From NCBI GenBank assembly GCA_905479625.1, contig CAJQNF010000061.1:807-64806 (forward strand): DNA of 64,000 nt, in the 5' to 3' direction. Of the stretch, positions 1-8,516 are shown in pieces. Every line of letters starts with the position of its first letter. Position 1 is the stretch's first letter. Origin of the DNA: an uncultured Flavobacteriaceae bacterium (GTDB taxonomy: Bacteria > Bacteroidota > Bacteroidia > Flavobacteriales > Flavobacteriaceae). Below the pieces are notes generated by a model. It saw nothing but the letters and a program-made list of their open reading frames with translations, was not told where the DNA came from and did no database searches. A program made the position numbers and the translations under genes.

Positions 1-733
1 CTGCCAATGACATGGGCGGTAAAATGGTAGGCAATCTTTTGGCAAGCATGGTTTTACCTGAGCCCGGAGGTCCGATAAGTATAATGTTATGTCCTCCGGC
101 CGCAGCGATCTCCATACATCGCTTAATGGTTTCCTGACCTTTCACATCAGCAAAATCCAAATCATCTTTATCAGAAAATTCATAAAATTCTTGCTGTAAA
201 TCAATTTGTAAAGGCTCTAGATTTGATTCGCCTTTTATAAAATCAACTACCTCTCTAATATTGTTTACATCGTATACTTCAAGTCCATCTACCACAGCTG
301 CCTCCTTTCCATTTTGCTTTGGCAGAATGAAGCCTTTAAAGCCATCTTTTTTTGCCTGAATGGCAATGGGTAGGGCGCCCTTTATGGCATTCAAACTTCC
401 GTCCAATGACAATTCTCCCATAATCAGATAATCCTTGAGTGGTTCAGAGTCAATTTGGCCAGATGCAGCCATGATGCCCAATGCAAGTGGAAGATCGTAA
501 GCCGAGCCTTCTTTTCGCAAATCTGCAGGAGCCATGTTAATGGTAATTTTTTTGCCGGGAAATTTGAAACCTGAATTTTTAAGCGCTCCGGAAATTCTAT
601 AACTGCTTTCCTTGATGGCACTGTCGGGTAAGCCAACCAGATGATATCCGATCCCCTTATCAATATTTACCTCTACTGTAATTGTGATGGCATCGACACC
701 AAAAACTGCACTTCCGTAAACCTTTACTAGCAT
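1..733 (-). CDS. comM: YifB/ComM family Mg-chelatase-like AAA+ ATPase (3' end runs off window)
   Basis: Not in ORF track. Manual translation from ATG at 733 gives [15 protein letters not shown]...VGLPD...[24 protein letters not shown]...MGELSLDG...[25 protein letters not shown] (Walker A). Confidence 0.92.
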   Translation of the reverse strand, partial: MLVKVYGSAVFGVDAITITVEVNIDKGIGYHLVGLPDSAIKESSYRISGALKNSGFKFPGKKITINMAPADLRKEGSAYDLPLALGIMAASGQIDSEPLKDYLIMGELSLDGSLNAIKGALPIAIQAKKDGFKGFILPKQNGKEAAVVDGLEVYDVNNIREVVDFIKGESNLEPLQIDLQQEFYEFSDKDDLDFADVKGQETIKRCMEIAAAGGHNIILIGPPGSGKTMLAKRLPTILPPMSLA

Positions 734-787
734 TGATACAACTGTTTACTATAAGTGTTCTAAATACTTAAAGTAAACATGATTGTA

Positions 788-826
788 AATAATCAGGGCC
801 TGACTTTGAGTCAGACCCTGATTATT
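788..826 (-). terminator. Hairpin downstream of hppD, probable terminator
   Basis: AATAATCAGGG-C-CTGACT ttg AGTCAG-A-CCCTGATTATT inverted repeat; weak U tract. Confidence 0.55.
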
Positions 827-851
827 CCACTGAACCCTTCAGATAAAAATA

Positions 852-2009
852 CTATAAAGTTCCTCGCTTGGCTTGTTCTCTTTCAATACTTTCAAAAAGT
901 GCTTTAAAATTACCCGCACCAAATCCACGAGCCCCCATTCTTTGTATGATTTCAAAGAACAAAGTTGGTCTATCTTCTACAGGTTTTGTAAATATTTGCA
1001 ATAAATAACCTTCTTCATCTGCATCAATCATGATACCTAAGCTTTTCAAAGTTTCAATATCCTCTCTTAACTCATGACTAAATTCCTCCAGTCTACCGGG
1101 AACCGCCCTGTAATATTCTTCAGGAGGCGTACTTAAAAACTCTATTCCGCGAGCTCTCAACTTAGATATTGTGTTAATGATATCATCTGTAGCAACTGCA
1201 ATATGCTGCACACCTGAACCTTCATAGAAATCAAGATATTCTTCAATTTGTGATTTCTTTTTCCCTTCTGCCGGCTCATTAATTGGAAATTTAATTCTCC
1301 CATTACCGTTACTCATCACCTTACTCATTAAGGCGGAATATTCTGTATGGATTTGCTTGTCATCAAACGACAAGAAGTTTTCAAATCCCATAACATCTTC
1401 GTACCATTTAACCCATGTATTCATTTGTCCCCAACCGACATTACCAACCATATGATCAATAAATTTTAAACCGCAAGATTCCGGGTTGAAATCAGATTTC
1501 CATTCAGTAAAACCTGGTAAAAATGTGCCTTTGTAGTTTTTTCTTTCTACAAACATGTGCACCGTTTCTCCATAGGTATAAATACCGGATCTCACGACTT
1601 CACCATGCTCATCTTTTTCGGTCATGGGTTCCAGATAAGATTTTGCGCCGCGGGAAGTAGTCTCTTCCCAGGCTTTTTTCGCATCTTCTACCCAAAGCGC
1701 CACAACCTTTACGCCATCACCATGTTTTACGATATGCTTATTGATCTCTGATTTTGAATTCAAAGGCGTGGTCAAGACTAATTTAATTTTATCTTGTTTT
1801 AACACATAAGAAACAGACTCTCTGCTTCCTGTTTCAAGCCCTTTGTAGGCAAAAGATTGAAAACCAAACGCCGATTTGTAAAAATGGGCTGCTTGCTTGG
1901 CATTTCCTACATAAAACTCAACATAATCTGTCCCTAATAATGGTAAAAAATCTTTTGCTCCTTTAAATATTTTTTCTAATCCGTATTCTACATTTTTTAT
2001 ATCACTCAT
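852..2009 (-). CDS. hppD: 4-hydroxyphenylpyruvate dioxygenase
   Basis: DHMVGNV, QHIAVAT, LLQIFTKP...FFEIIQR...GFGAGNFKALFESIEREQ motifs. Confidence 0.96.
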   Translation of the reverse strand: MSDIKNVEYGLEKIFKGAKDFLPLLGTDYVEFYVGNAKQAAHFYKSAFGFQSFAYKGLETGSRESVSYVLKQDKIKLVLTTPLNSKSEINKHIVKHGDGVKVVALWVEDAKKAWEETTSRGAKSYLEPMTEKDEHGEVVRSGIYTYGETVHMFVERKNYKGTFLPGFTEWKSDFNPESCGLKFIDHMVGNVGWGQMNTWVKWYEDVMGFENFLSFDDKQIHTEYSALMSKVMSNGNGRIKFPINEPAEGKKKSQIEEYLDFYEGSGVQHIAVATDDIINTISKLRARGIEFLSTPPEEYYRAVPGRLEEFSHELREDIETLKSLGIMIDADEEGYLLQIFTKPVEDRPTLFFEIIQRMGARGFGAGNFKALFESIEREQAKRGTL

Positions 2010-2019
2010 CACTTTAATT

Positions 2020-3180
2020 TTAATGATTTAACCAACTTTTATAATAATCATCATCGGCCAATTTCATGGCAGCTTCTGTAACCATCAATGGTTTAAATGT
2101 ATCAACCATTACTGCAAGTTCTTCCGTTGATTTCTTGCCAATACTCCTTTCCATTGCTCCCGGATGTGGCCCATGAGGAATTCCTGCAGGATGTAAAGTA
2201 ATCTGACCTTTTTCAATATTGTTTCGGCTCATAAAATCTCCATCCACATAATACAATACTTCATCAGAATCAATATTACTGTGATTGTAAGGTGCCGGAA
2301 CTGACTGAGGATGATAATCATACAATCTCGGAACAAATGAGCAGATCACAAAACCTGCAGCTTCAAATGTTTGATGAATTGGCGGCGGTAAATGTACCCT
2401 TCCTGTTATCGGCTCAAAATCGTGAATCGAGAATTTATATGGAAAGTTATATCCATCCCAGCCCACAACACTAAAAGGATGAGCAGCATAAATATATTCA
2501 TGTATGGTATCCTGTTTCTTTACCTTGATCAAGAAATCGCCCTCTTCATTAAATGTTTCCAACTCAGATGGCGGATGCATATCTCTTTCACAAAATGGCG
2601 CATGCTCAAGCATCTGACCAAACCAATTCCGATATCTTTTTGGGGTGTAAATAGGACTCTTTGACTCCACAATAAATAATCTGTTCTCTTCTGAATCAAA
2701 ATCAATTTGATAGATCATACCCCTGGGAATCACTAAATAATCTCCATAGGAAAATTCAATATTCCCCAGCATAGTCCTTAATTTTCCGGAACCCTTGTGC
2801 ACAAACAGGACCTCATCGGCGTCTGTATTCTTATAGAAATAATCTCTGAGAGACTGCTTTGGTGAGGCAAGACTTATCTGACAATCGTTATTTAGTAAAA
2901 CCGGAACCCGGCTCTTTAAATAATCGTTCTCCGGAGCAACCTGAAATCCTTTCAGACTGATGGACTTCATGTTTTTCTCAACAGCCACTTTTGGGCGCAC
3001 ATCATAAGAGGCTACAATTTTCTTCACCTGAGTTGGTCTTTGGGTATGATACAACAAAGTAGACATTCCATCAAAACCAACTGTTCCAAACAGTTCCTCG
3101 TATAAGAAATTTCCATCTTCATCCTTAAAAACGGTATGTCGTTTTGAAGGAATACTGCCTAGGCTATGGTATCTCGGCAT
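2020..3180 (-). CDS. hmgA: Homogentisate 1,2-dioxygenase
   Basis: HLPPPIHQTF, PYNHSNIDSDEVLYYVDG, TLHPAGIPHGP motifs; adjacent to hppD. Confidence 0.92.
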   Translation of the reverse strand: MPRYHSLGSIPSKRHTVFKDEDGNFLYEELFGTVGFDGMSTLLYHTQRPTQVKKIVASYDVRPKVAVEKNMKSISLKGFQVAPENDYLKSRVPVLLNNDCQISLASPKQSLRDYFYKNTDADEVLFVHKGSGKLRTMLGNIEFSYGDYLVIPRGMIYQIDFDSEENRLFIVESKSPIYTPKRYRNWFGQMLEHAPFCERDMHPPSELETFNEEGDFLIKVKKQDTIHEYIYAAHPFSVVGWDGYNFPYKFSIHDFEPITGRVHLPPPIHQTFEAAGFVICSFVPRLYDYHPQSVPAPYNHSNIDSDEVLYYVDGDFMSRNNIEKGQITLHPAGIPHGPHPGAMERSIGKKSTEELAVMVDTFKPLMVTEAAMKLADDDYYKSWLNH

Positions 3181-3236
3181 ATGTTTATTTTTTTTATTAG
3201 TATTAGAAAGAAGTAGGTATAAGAAGACAACCCCGA

Positions 3237-3302
3237 TTATTCAGGCTTTCTCTTTATCAGAAATTTTAGAAGTGATAATAATTCCGCAAAAAAGTAGGTC
3301 AT
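3237..3302 (-). CDS. Putative 21-aa leader peptide MTYFFAELLSLLKFLIKRKPE upstream of hmgA-hppD
   Basis: Manual translation; lies between a TATATTTG -7 element (3335-3328) and hmgA; Tyr-Phe-Phe at codons 3-5. Confidence 0.4.
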   Translation of the reverse strand: MTYFFAELLSLLKFLIKRKPE

Positions 3303-3327
3303 ATTACATTTGTTCTTTCGATGTTAA

Positions 3328-3335
3328 CAAATATA
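3328..3335 (-). promoter_or_regulatory. Bacteroidota sigma70 -7 element for hmgA-hppD
   Basis: TATATTTG matches TAnnTTTG. Confidence 0.6.
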
Positions 3336-3379
3336 ACGAATATTTTTTAAGAATATAGAAATCTTATTCTGTACAGGAC

Positions 3380-3616
3380 CTATTTTACTTCGACAACTTT
3401 TTCAATTTGAGGAGCATACTTTTTGATGGTAGCCTCCACTCCATTTGTCAAAGTCATTTGATTCACTTTACAGCCAATACAAGCTCCGTGAAATTTTATA
3501 TTTACAACATTTTCTTCTAAGGAAACAAAGGAAATATCACCACCGTCAGTAAGTAGATATGGTCGTATTTCATCTAGCGCCTTTTCTATATTATCCAGTA
3601 GTTCTTTTTGTCCCAT
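3380..3616 (-). CDS. NifU/NfuA C-terminal domain Fe-S carrier
   Basis: IRPYLLTDGGDI...GACIGC motif. Confidence 0.92.
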   Translation of the reverse strand: MGQKELLDNIEKALDEIRPYLLTDGGDISFVSLEENVVNIKFHGACIGCKVNQMTLTNGVEATIKKYAPQIEKVVEVK

Positions 3617-3661
3617 GATAAAAATATTTTTCCCGGGGCCATTTCAAGCCCCGGAATTATT

Positions 3662-4795
3662 TTATTTAGTACCGCAACCAGACATCGTAGTAATTCTTAC
3701 AATCTCTGTTGGTGGCAAATCTTCATTGCGTTTCACTAATTGAGACAACATGTTTTTTGTTATATCAATAAATGCCAATTCTAGTGCTGTATCCTCCTGT
3801 AAAGCCACAGGATGTCCAACATCTCCTGCTTCTCTGATGCTCTGTACCAATGGTACTTCTCCCAACAAAGTTGTATCAAGATCCTGTGCCAGGTTCTTCG
3901 CACCGTCTTTCCCAAAAATATAGTATTTATTGTCAGGTAATTCAGCAGGGCTGAAATAACTCATATTTTCAACGATACCCAATACAGGAACGTTGATGTT
4001 TTCCTGCTGGAACATTGCAACACCTCTTTTTGCATCTGCCAAAGCTATGGCTTGAGGGGTACTTACAATAACAGCACCAGTTATAGGCACTGCCTGAACC
4101 ATTGAAAGGTGAATATCACCTGTTCCCGGAGGAAGATCAACCAAAAGGAAATCCAGCTCCCCCCAATTCCCATCAAAGATCATTTGGTTTAAAGCTTTTG
4201 ATGCCATAGCACCTCTCCAGATCACGGCTTGGTTTGGATCAGTAAAAAAGCCCAACGATAAAAGTTTAACACCGTAATTTTCTATAGGTTGCATTTTAGA
4301 TTTACCATCAACTTCAACTGATAAAGGTCTTTCCTTAGCCACATCAAACATAATAGGCATCGAAGGACCATAAACATCCGAATCAAGTATCCCTACACTA
4401 AAACCCATTTTAGCTAAAGTAACAGCAAGGTTGGCTGTTACTGTAGACTTACCAACACCACCTTTTCCTGAAGCAACAGCGATAATATTTTTAACACCCG
4501 GAATCTGATTACCTTTAATTGGAGCAGGTTTTGCGGGTGTTGCCGGCGCATCAACTTTTACATTCACCTTGACATCAGTTTTTTCATCCACCTTGTCGTG
4601 TATCACCTTCATGATCTCAACTTCAATTTTCTTCTTAGCCTGCAATGAAGGGTTTGTTATGGTAACATCTACGAGGATTTCTTTCCCAAAAACAACCACG
4701 TTGGTAACCGACTTACTCTCGATTAGATTCATCCCTTCTCCGGGAGCCGAAATGCTTTCAAGTGCTTTATATATATCTTGCTTTTTAAAACTCAT
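3662..4795 (-). CDS. mrp: Mrp/NBP35 (ApbC) Fe-S cluster carrier ATPase
   Basis: VASGKGGVGKST, DVYGPS, DLPPGTGD, GIVENMS motifs. Confidence 0.95.
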   Translation of the reverse strand: MSFKKQDIYKALESISAPGEGMNLIESKSVTNVVVFGKEILVDVTITNPSLQAKKKIEVEIMKVIHDKVDEKTDVKVNVKVDAPATPAKPAPIKGNQIPGVKNIIAVASGKGGVGKSTVTANLAVTLAKMGFSVGILDSDVYGPSMPIMFDVAKERPLSVEVDGKSKMQPIENYGVKLLSLGFFTDPNQAVIWRGAMASKALNQMIFDGNWGELDFLLVDLPPGTGDIHLSMVQAVPITGAVIVSTPQAIALADAKRGVAMFQQENINVPVLGIVENMSYFSPAELPDNKYYIFGKDGAKNLAQDLDTTLLGEVPLVQSIREAGDVGHPVALQEDTALELAFIDITKNMLSQLVKRNEDLPPTEIVRITTMSGCGTK

Positions 4796-4917
4796 GGTTT
4801 CTTAATTAAAATGATTCTAAACAACAAAGATACTAACTTCTATGGAAGTAAAAAGAAATATAAATCACATAAGTGATTTAAAAAATAGTATTAAATTAAT
4901 TTGAAAATTTAGCTAGT

Positions 4918-6516
4918 TTAAGGGGTAAGCATAATGCTTTCCTCCACCTCCCAATTGGCTTTGGCATCAATAATCGTCTTCACATAATAAACACCTTCAG
5001 GCTGAATGTTTTGTAAAAAATTTCCTGTGTCCCACTTTTGATTCCCATTGTCATCATAAATAATACGAATCATAAATCTGGAAGGCTTCAAGTTTATAAA
5101 TTCATATTCTCTGGGTTCAACAGCAAATTTTTTCGCGACAATTTCACCCTTATCATTGATCAGTTCTATAATGGCTGGATAGCTTTTAACATTACTTATG
5201 GTGAGAAAAATCGAACAGTAATCAGATACTTTACCCGTTTTTAGAGACGCCTTAATCGTATCGTTCTGCACGCCTAATATATCCTCTATGGCTCCTGGCT
5301 CAATAAATAATTTATAGCTTTGATTTGTTTCTTTATCAAAATGAAAATCGATTCTATCTTTCCTTTCTGATAAAGCAAGCCTTAAAGGAACCTTCATCGA
5401 GTCTACGTCAATAAAATGGAATTTGGAAGTATCCACTTTCATCATCGGTACGGTTGATCCAAGTTTTAGCGTATCCCTCAAATGTAACATTCCGTAACTT
5501 GACAATTCCAAACGAAGTGAATCTATCTCGTCTTCTTTCATACCAATCTTCACAGTATCAATATATTGATCCTTTCTGACTTCCAGCATCATGCTGTCAA
5601 GTTCAAAATGATTAAAATAATAATTCAACGTATCAGTGTTCCTGTCTTTGCTGTAAAATGATTTGAAATCCTCCGAAACAGGAGAAAGCACCCTGATATC
5701 AACATCCTTAGAATCGCCTTCAAAGCCTATAATCACATGTCCTTTGGAGACATCCTTTGGTCTGGACACCAACTTAAAGGGTAGTATCTGTTTGAATAAG
5801 GTCATGTTAAAAATACTATCACCCGGAATGGTAATCAAATCAGGATAAAAACCGACCCTATCTTCCTTGGGATCATATATATAATTTTTCCGAGCATCAT
5901 TTAATGCGATAAGTCTATAGGTACCTGCCTTAATATTGGTAATCTCCCAGTTCAAGCTATCAAGGGTGCTTCCTACATAAGTAGGTTTTTCATTGAAGAT
6001 CATGGAATCCGTATAAGCTTCATTAACTGGATAAAGCATGATAGTAGGGTTCTCTATCATTTCTAGATCGAATGCATCCTTGATCTCTCCTTTTACCTTA
6101 AGAGAATCTATGTAATCACCGGTAGAAAAAATATATTTAAAATTATCAAGGATATTTCCTTCGGTATTATCGATAATGCTTTGGGCGAAATTAAAGGTAT
6201 ACGTGGTATTCTCTTGTAAAGTATCACTCAATTTGATCGTGATTTTCTTACTTGGGGATCCCAACGGTGTAATCACAGGAGCGTTCTTTAAAGGAGGTGA
6301 AATGATCAATTGAGAATTGACATTTTTCAATTTTATATATTCATCAAAATAAATTTTTATTTGATCTTCTTCAAATTGCAAACTTTTGAAATCAGGATCT
6401 GCTTTGACCATAATTGGCTTTTCAAAATCCTTAGGGCCTCCTTCTGGCCTTCCTCTTCGCGCGCAACTAAAGACTGCAAATATGGATAATATCAACAAAA
6501 AATAATGGAATTTCAT
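4918..6516 (-). CDS. Ig-like domain-containing lipoprotein
   Basis: Lipobox VFSC followed by ARRGRPEGGPKD; C-terminal DDNGNQKWDTGN...QPE. Confidence 0.75.
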   Translation of the reverse strand: MKFHYFLLILSIFAVFSCARRGRPEGGPKDFEKPIMVKADPDFKSLQFEEDQIKIYFDEYIKLKNVNSQLIISPPLKNAPVITPLGSPSKKITIKLSDTLQENTTYTFNFAQSIIDNTEGNILDNFKYIFSTGDYIDSLKVKGEIKDAFDLEMIENPTIMLYPVNEAYTDSMIFNEKPTYVGSTLDSLNWEITNIKAGTYRLIALNDARKNYIYDPKEDRVGFYPDLITIPGDSIFNMTLFKQILPFKLVSRPKDVSKGHVIIGFEGDSKDVDIRVLSPVSEDFKSFYSKDRNTDTLNYYFNHFELDSMMLEVRKDQYIDTVKIGMKEDEIDSLRLELSSYGMLHLRDTLKLGSTVPMMKVDTSKFHFIDVDSMKVPLRLALSERKDRIDFHFDKETNQSYKLFIEPGAIEDILGVQNDTIKASLKTGKVSDYCSIFLTISNVKSYPAIIELINDKGEIVAKKFAVEPREYEFINLKPSRFMIRIIYDDNGNQKWDTGNFLQNIQPEGVYYVKTIIDAKANWEVEESIMLTP

Positions 6517-6577
6517 ATGTCAAATAAAATACAAATTAACAATTAATTTTTCCCTATTCGATAATTTTTTAGCAAAA

Positions 6578-7288
6578 TTAAACAGTAAAAGCCATACTGG
6601 CAAGACTTAACTTGAGACCGGAAACATGGCATAAAGGATCTGCACAGGCTTTCATCGTAGCTCCGGTTGTAATGGTATCATCAACCAAAAGGACATGCTT
6701 ATTTTCAAGTAGCATTGCATCTTTTAACATGTATTCCTGCTCTTCCCTCATCATCCTTTGCTCCCTGTTTTTTAAAGTTTGAGTTTGGCCGCTTCTGCTC
6801 TTTTCAAGCAAGGTCAGCTTAAGGTCAGCTTTTAAAGCTATAGCCAGAGATTTTGCAAAAGAATGTACTTGGTTATAGCCTCTTTTCCTTTCCTTATCTC
6901 GATGCAAAGGCACAGGCACAACAATATCAATCAATTCAAATCTTTTACTCGCAACCATTTCTTCTCCCAACCATTGGCCAAGAAAGGAACCTATTTTGGG
7001 TTGATGATGGTATTTCAACTCGTGTATTAATTTTTGAACAATTCCTTTTTTTTGAAAATAGAATAAGGAAGTAGCGGCGTGGACAGGAATTCTTCCTCTA
7101 AAACTGGTTTCTAATTCATTTTCTGCCTGACAACTAAAATGGGTCAAAGGCAACTCCGACAAACAGGAAAAACATAGATATTTATCCTTTATTTGCAGTA
7201 ATTCACTACAATTTATGCACGCTGGAGGAAAGAACAGATCAAACAGATCCGTTAAGATATTGGGCACTAAATGATTATTTATCAACAC
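6578..7288 (-). CDS. ComF family phosphoribosyltransferase-like protein
   Basis: N-terminal CxxC..CxxC; VPVPLH..RGYNQ; LLVDDTITTGAT. Confidence 0.9.
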   Translation of the reverse strand: MLINNHLVPNILTDLFDLFFPPACINCSELLQIKDKYLCFSCLSELPLTHFSCQAENELETSFRGRIPVHAATSLFYFQKKGIVQKLIHELKYHHQPKIGSFLGQWLGEEMVASKRFELIDIVVPVPLHRDKERKRGYNQVHSFAKSLAIALKADLKLTLLEKSRSGQTQTLKNREQRMMREEQEYMLKDAMLLENKHVLLVDDTITTGATMKACADPLCHVSGLKLSLASMAFTV

Positions 7289-7415
7289 TTCTCTTGAATT
7301 CTTTAAATAAATTGTTGTAAATCTTTAAAAAAAATTAAATTTGCACACAATTTTTCTGATTTATTACGTTTAATAAGTTAAGATTAATCTAAAATGTAAA
7401 CCTAATTATATAATT

Positions 7416-8321
7416 ATGGAAGAAAATTCTAAATCTTCAAACAGTAAAATTTTAATAATAGCCCTTACAGTATTGCTGTTCGGACTGATCGGCTATACGT
7501 TTTACAACAATAACGATCACAAGGAGGCCGTTAAATTCTTACAATCTGAAAAAGATCAGATTATTGGAAACCTGACTGCCATGGAAGAGAAATATGATGT
7601 GGCCATTGCGCAAAACACAAGTCTTTCTGATTCTTTGACAATGGAAAAAGAAAAAATAGCGATTTTAAAAGATTCTGTTCAAGGTCTGAAGAAGATCAAT
7701 TCTAACGTCTTAAGAAGATACCGAGGTCAATTAGTTACCTTGGAGAAAACCAATACCAGGTTATTGGATGAGGTAGATTCTCTTAAAATGGCCAATAATA
7801 TACTGACTGAAGAAAAAGACAGTATCAATAGCCAGCTGACGATCCAAACTAATTACAATGACACTTTGGTAGCCCAAAATATGGAGCTGGCAAGAAAAGT
7901 TGAAATTGGGGGAGCCATCAACGTAGAGAATGTTCAGGTTACTGCTATGAAAATGCGTTCTAACGGAAAGTATACTGAAACAAATAAAGCTCAGAAAACT
8001 GATGCTATCAAGGTTGCTTTTAGATTAATAGAGAATGAAATTGCTAATCCAGGAGACAAAGAAGCTTATATTGTATTGAAAAACCCAACAGGTATGGTCA
8101 TCAATGCAAAAGGAACTTTTATGATGTCAGAAGGAAATGAAGCTAAATACACAGATCAGACAATTGTCAATTATGAGAATGCTGATCTTGACGTTGTGAT
8201 GCTTGTTGAAAGAAAAGGAGACAAATATGAATCAGGTGTATACCCGATCGAGGTTTTTGTTGAAGGTAAATTAGTAGGTTCTGCTAATCTGGAACTAAAC
8301 GACTCTTTCTTAGGCCTGTAA
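7416..8321 (+). CDS. Membrane-anchored coiled-coil hypothetical protein
   Basis: N-terminal TM helix, long heptad-rich region, C-terminal beta-rich domain; upstream TAAATTTG (7336-7343) and own terminator. Confidence 0.75.
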   Translation: MEENSKSSNSKILIIALTVLLFGLIGYTFYNNNDHKEAVKFLQSEKDQIIGNLTAMEEKYDVAIAQNTSLSDSLTMEKEKIAILKDSVQGLKKINSNVLRRYRGQLVTLEKTNTRLLDEVDSLKMANNILTEEKDSINSQLTIQTNYNDTLVAQNMELARKVEIGGAINVENVQVTAMKMRSNGKYTETNKAQKTDAIKVAFRLIENEIANPGDKEAYIVLKNPTGMVINAKGTFMMSEGNEAKYTDQTIVNYENADLDVVMLVERKGDKYESGVYPIEVFVEGKLVGSANLELNDSFLGL

Positions 8322-8341
8322 TCAGAACTCAACATAAGATA

Positions 8342-8376
8342 AAAAAAAGGAAACACAAATAGTGTTTCCTTTTTTT
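8342..8376 (+). terminator. Intrinsic terminator
   Basis: AAAAAAAGGAAACAC aaata GTGTTTCCTTTTTTT perfect inverted repeat. Confidence 0.85.
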
Positions 8377-8516
8377 ATGCGCTTCCTAGAAATTAATTAT
8401 TTTTGCCGGAAGAAACCGACATGGTTCGATGTAAAATTAGGCATCAATAATTGACAATGATCCTGGGGCATAATGGCCAAGATTCTAAATGTCCGATAAA
8501 AAATAAAAAATTACAC

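Noticed and set aside
852-3180. Pyomelanin production because fahA/maiA are not adjacent
   Set aside because: hmgA looks intact and the downstream genes may lie outside the window.
1-7288. comM and comF within 7 kb as a competence island
   Set aside because: Both are widespread housekeeping-type genes, separated by unrelated genes, with no pilus or DNA-uptake genes nearby.
7416-8321. ParA or SMC-like call for the coiled-coil protein
   Set aside because: No Walker A motif; it has an N-terminal transmembrane anchor.
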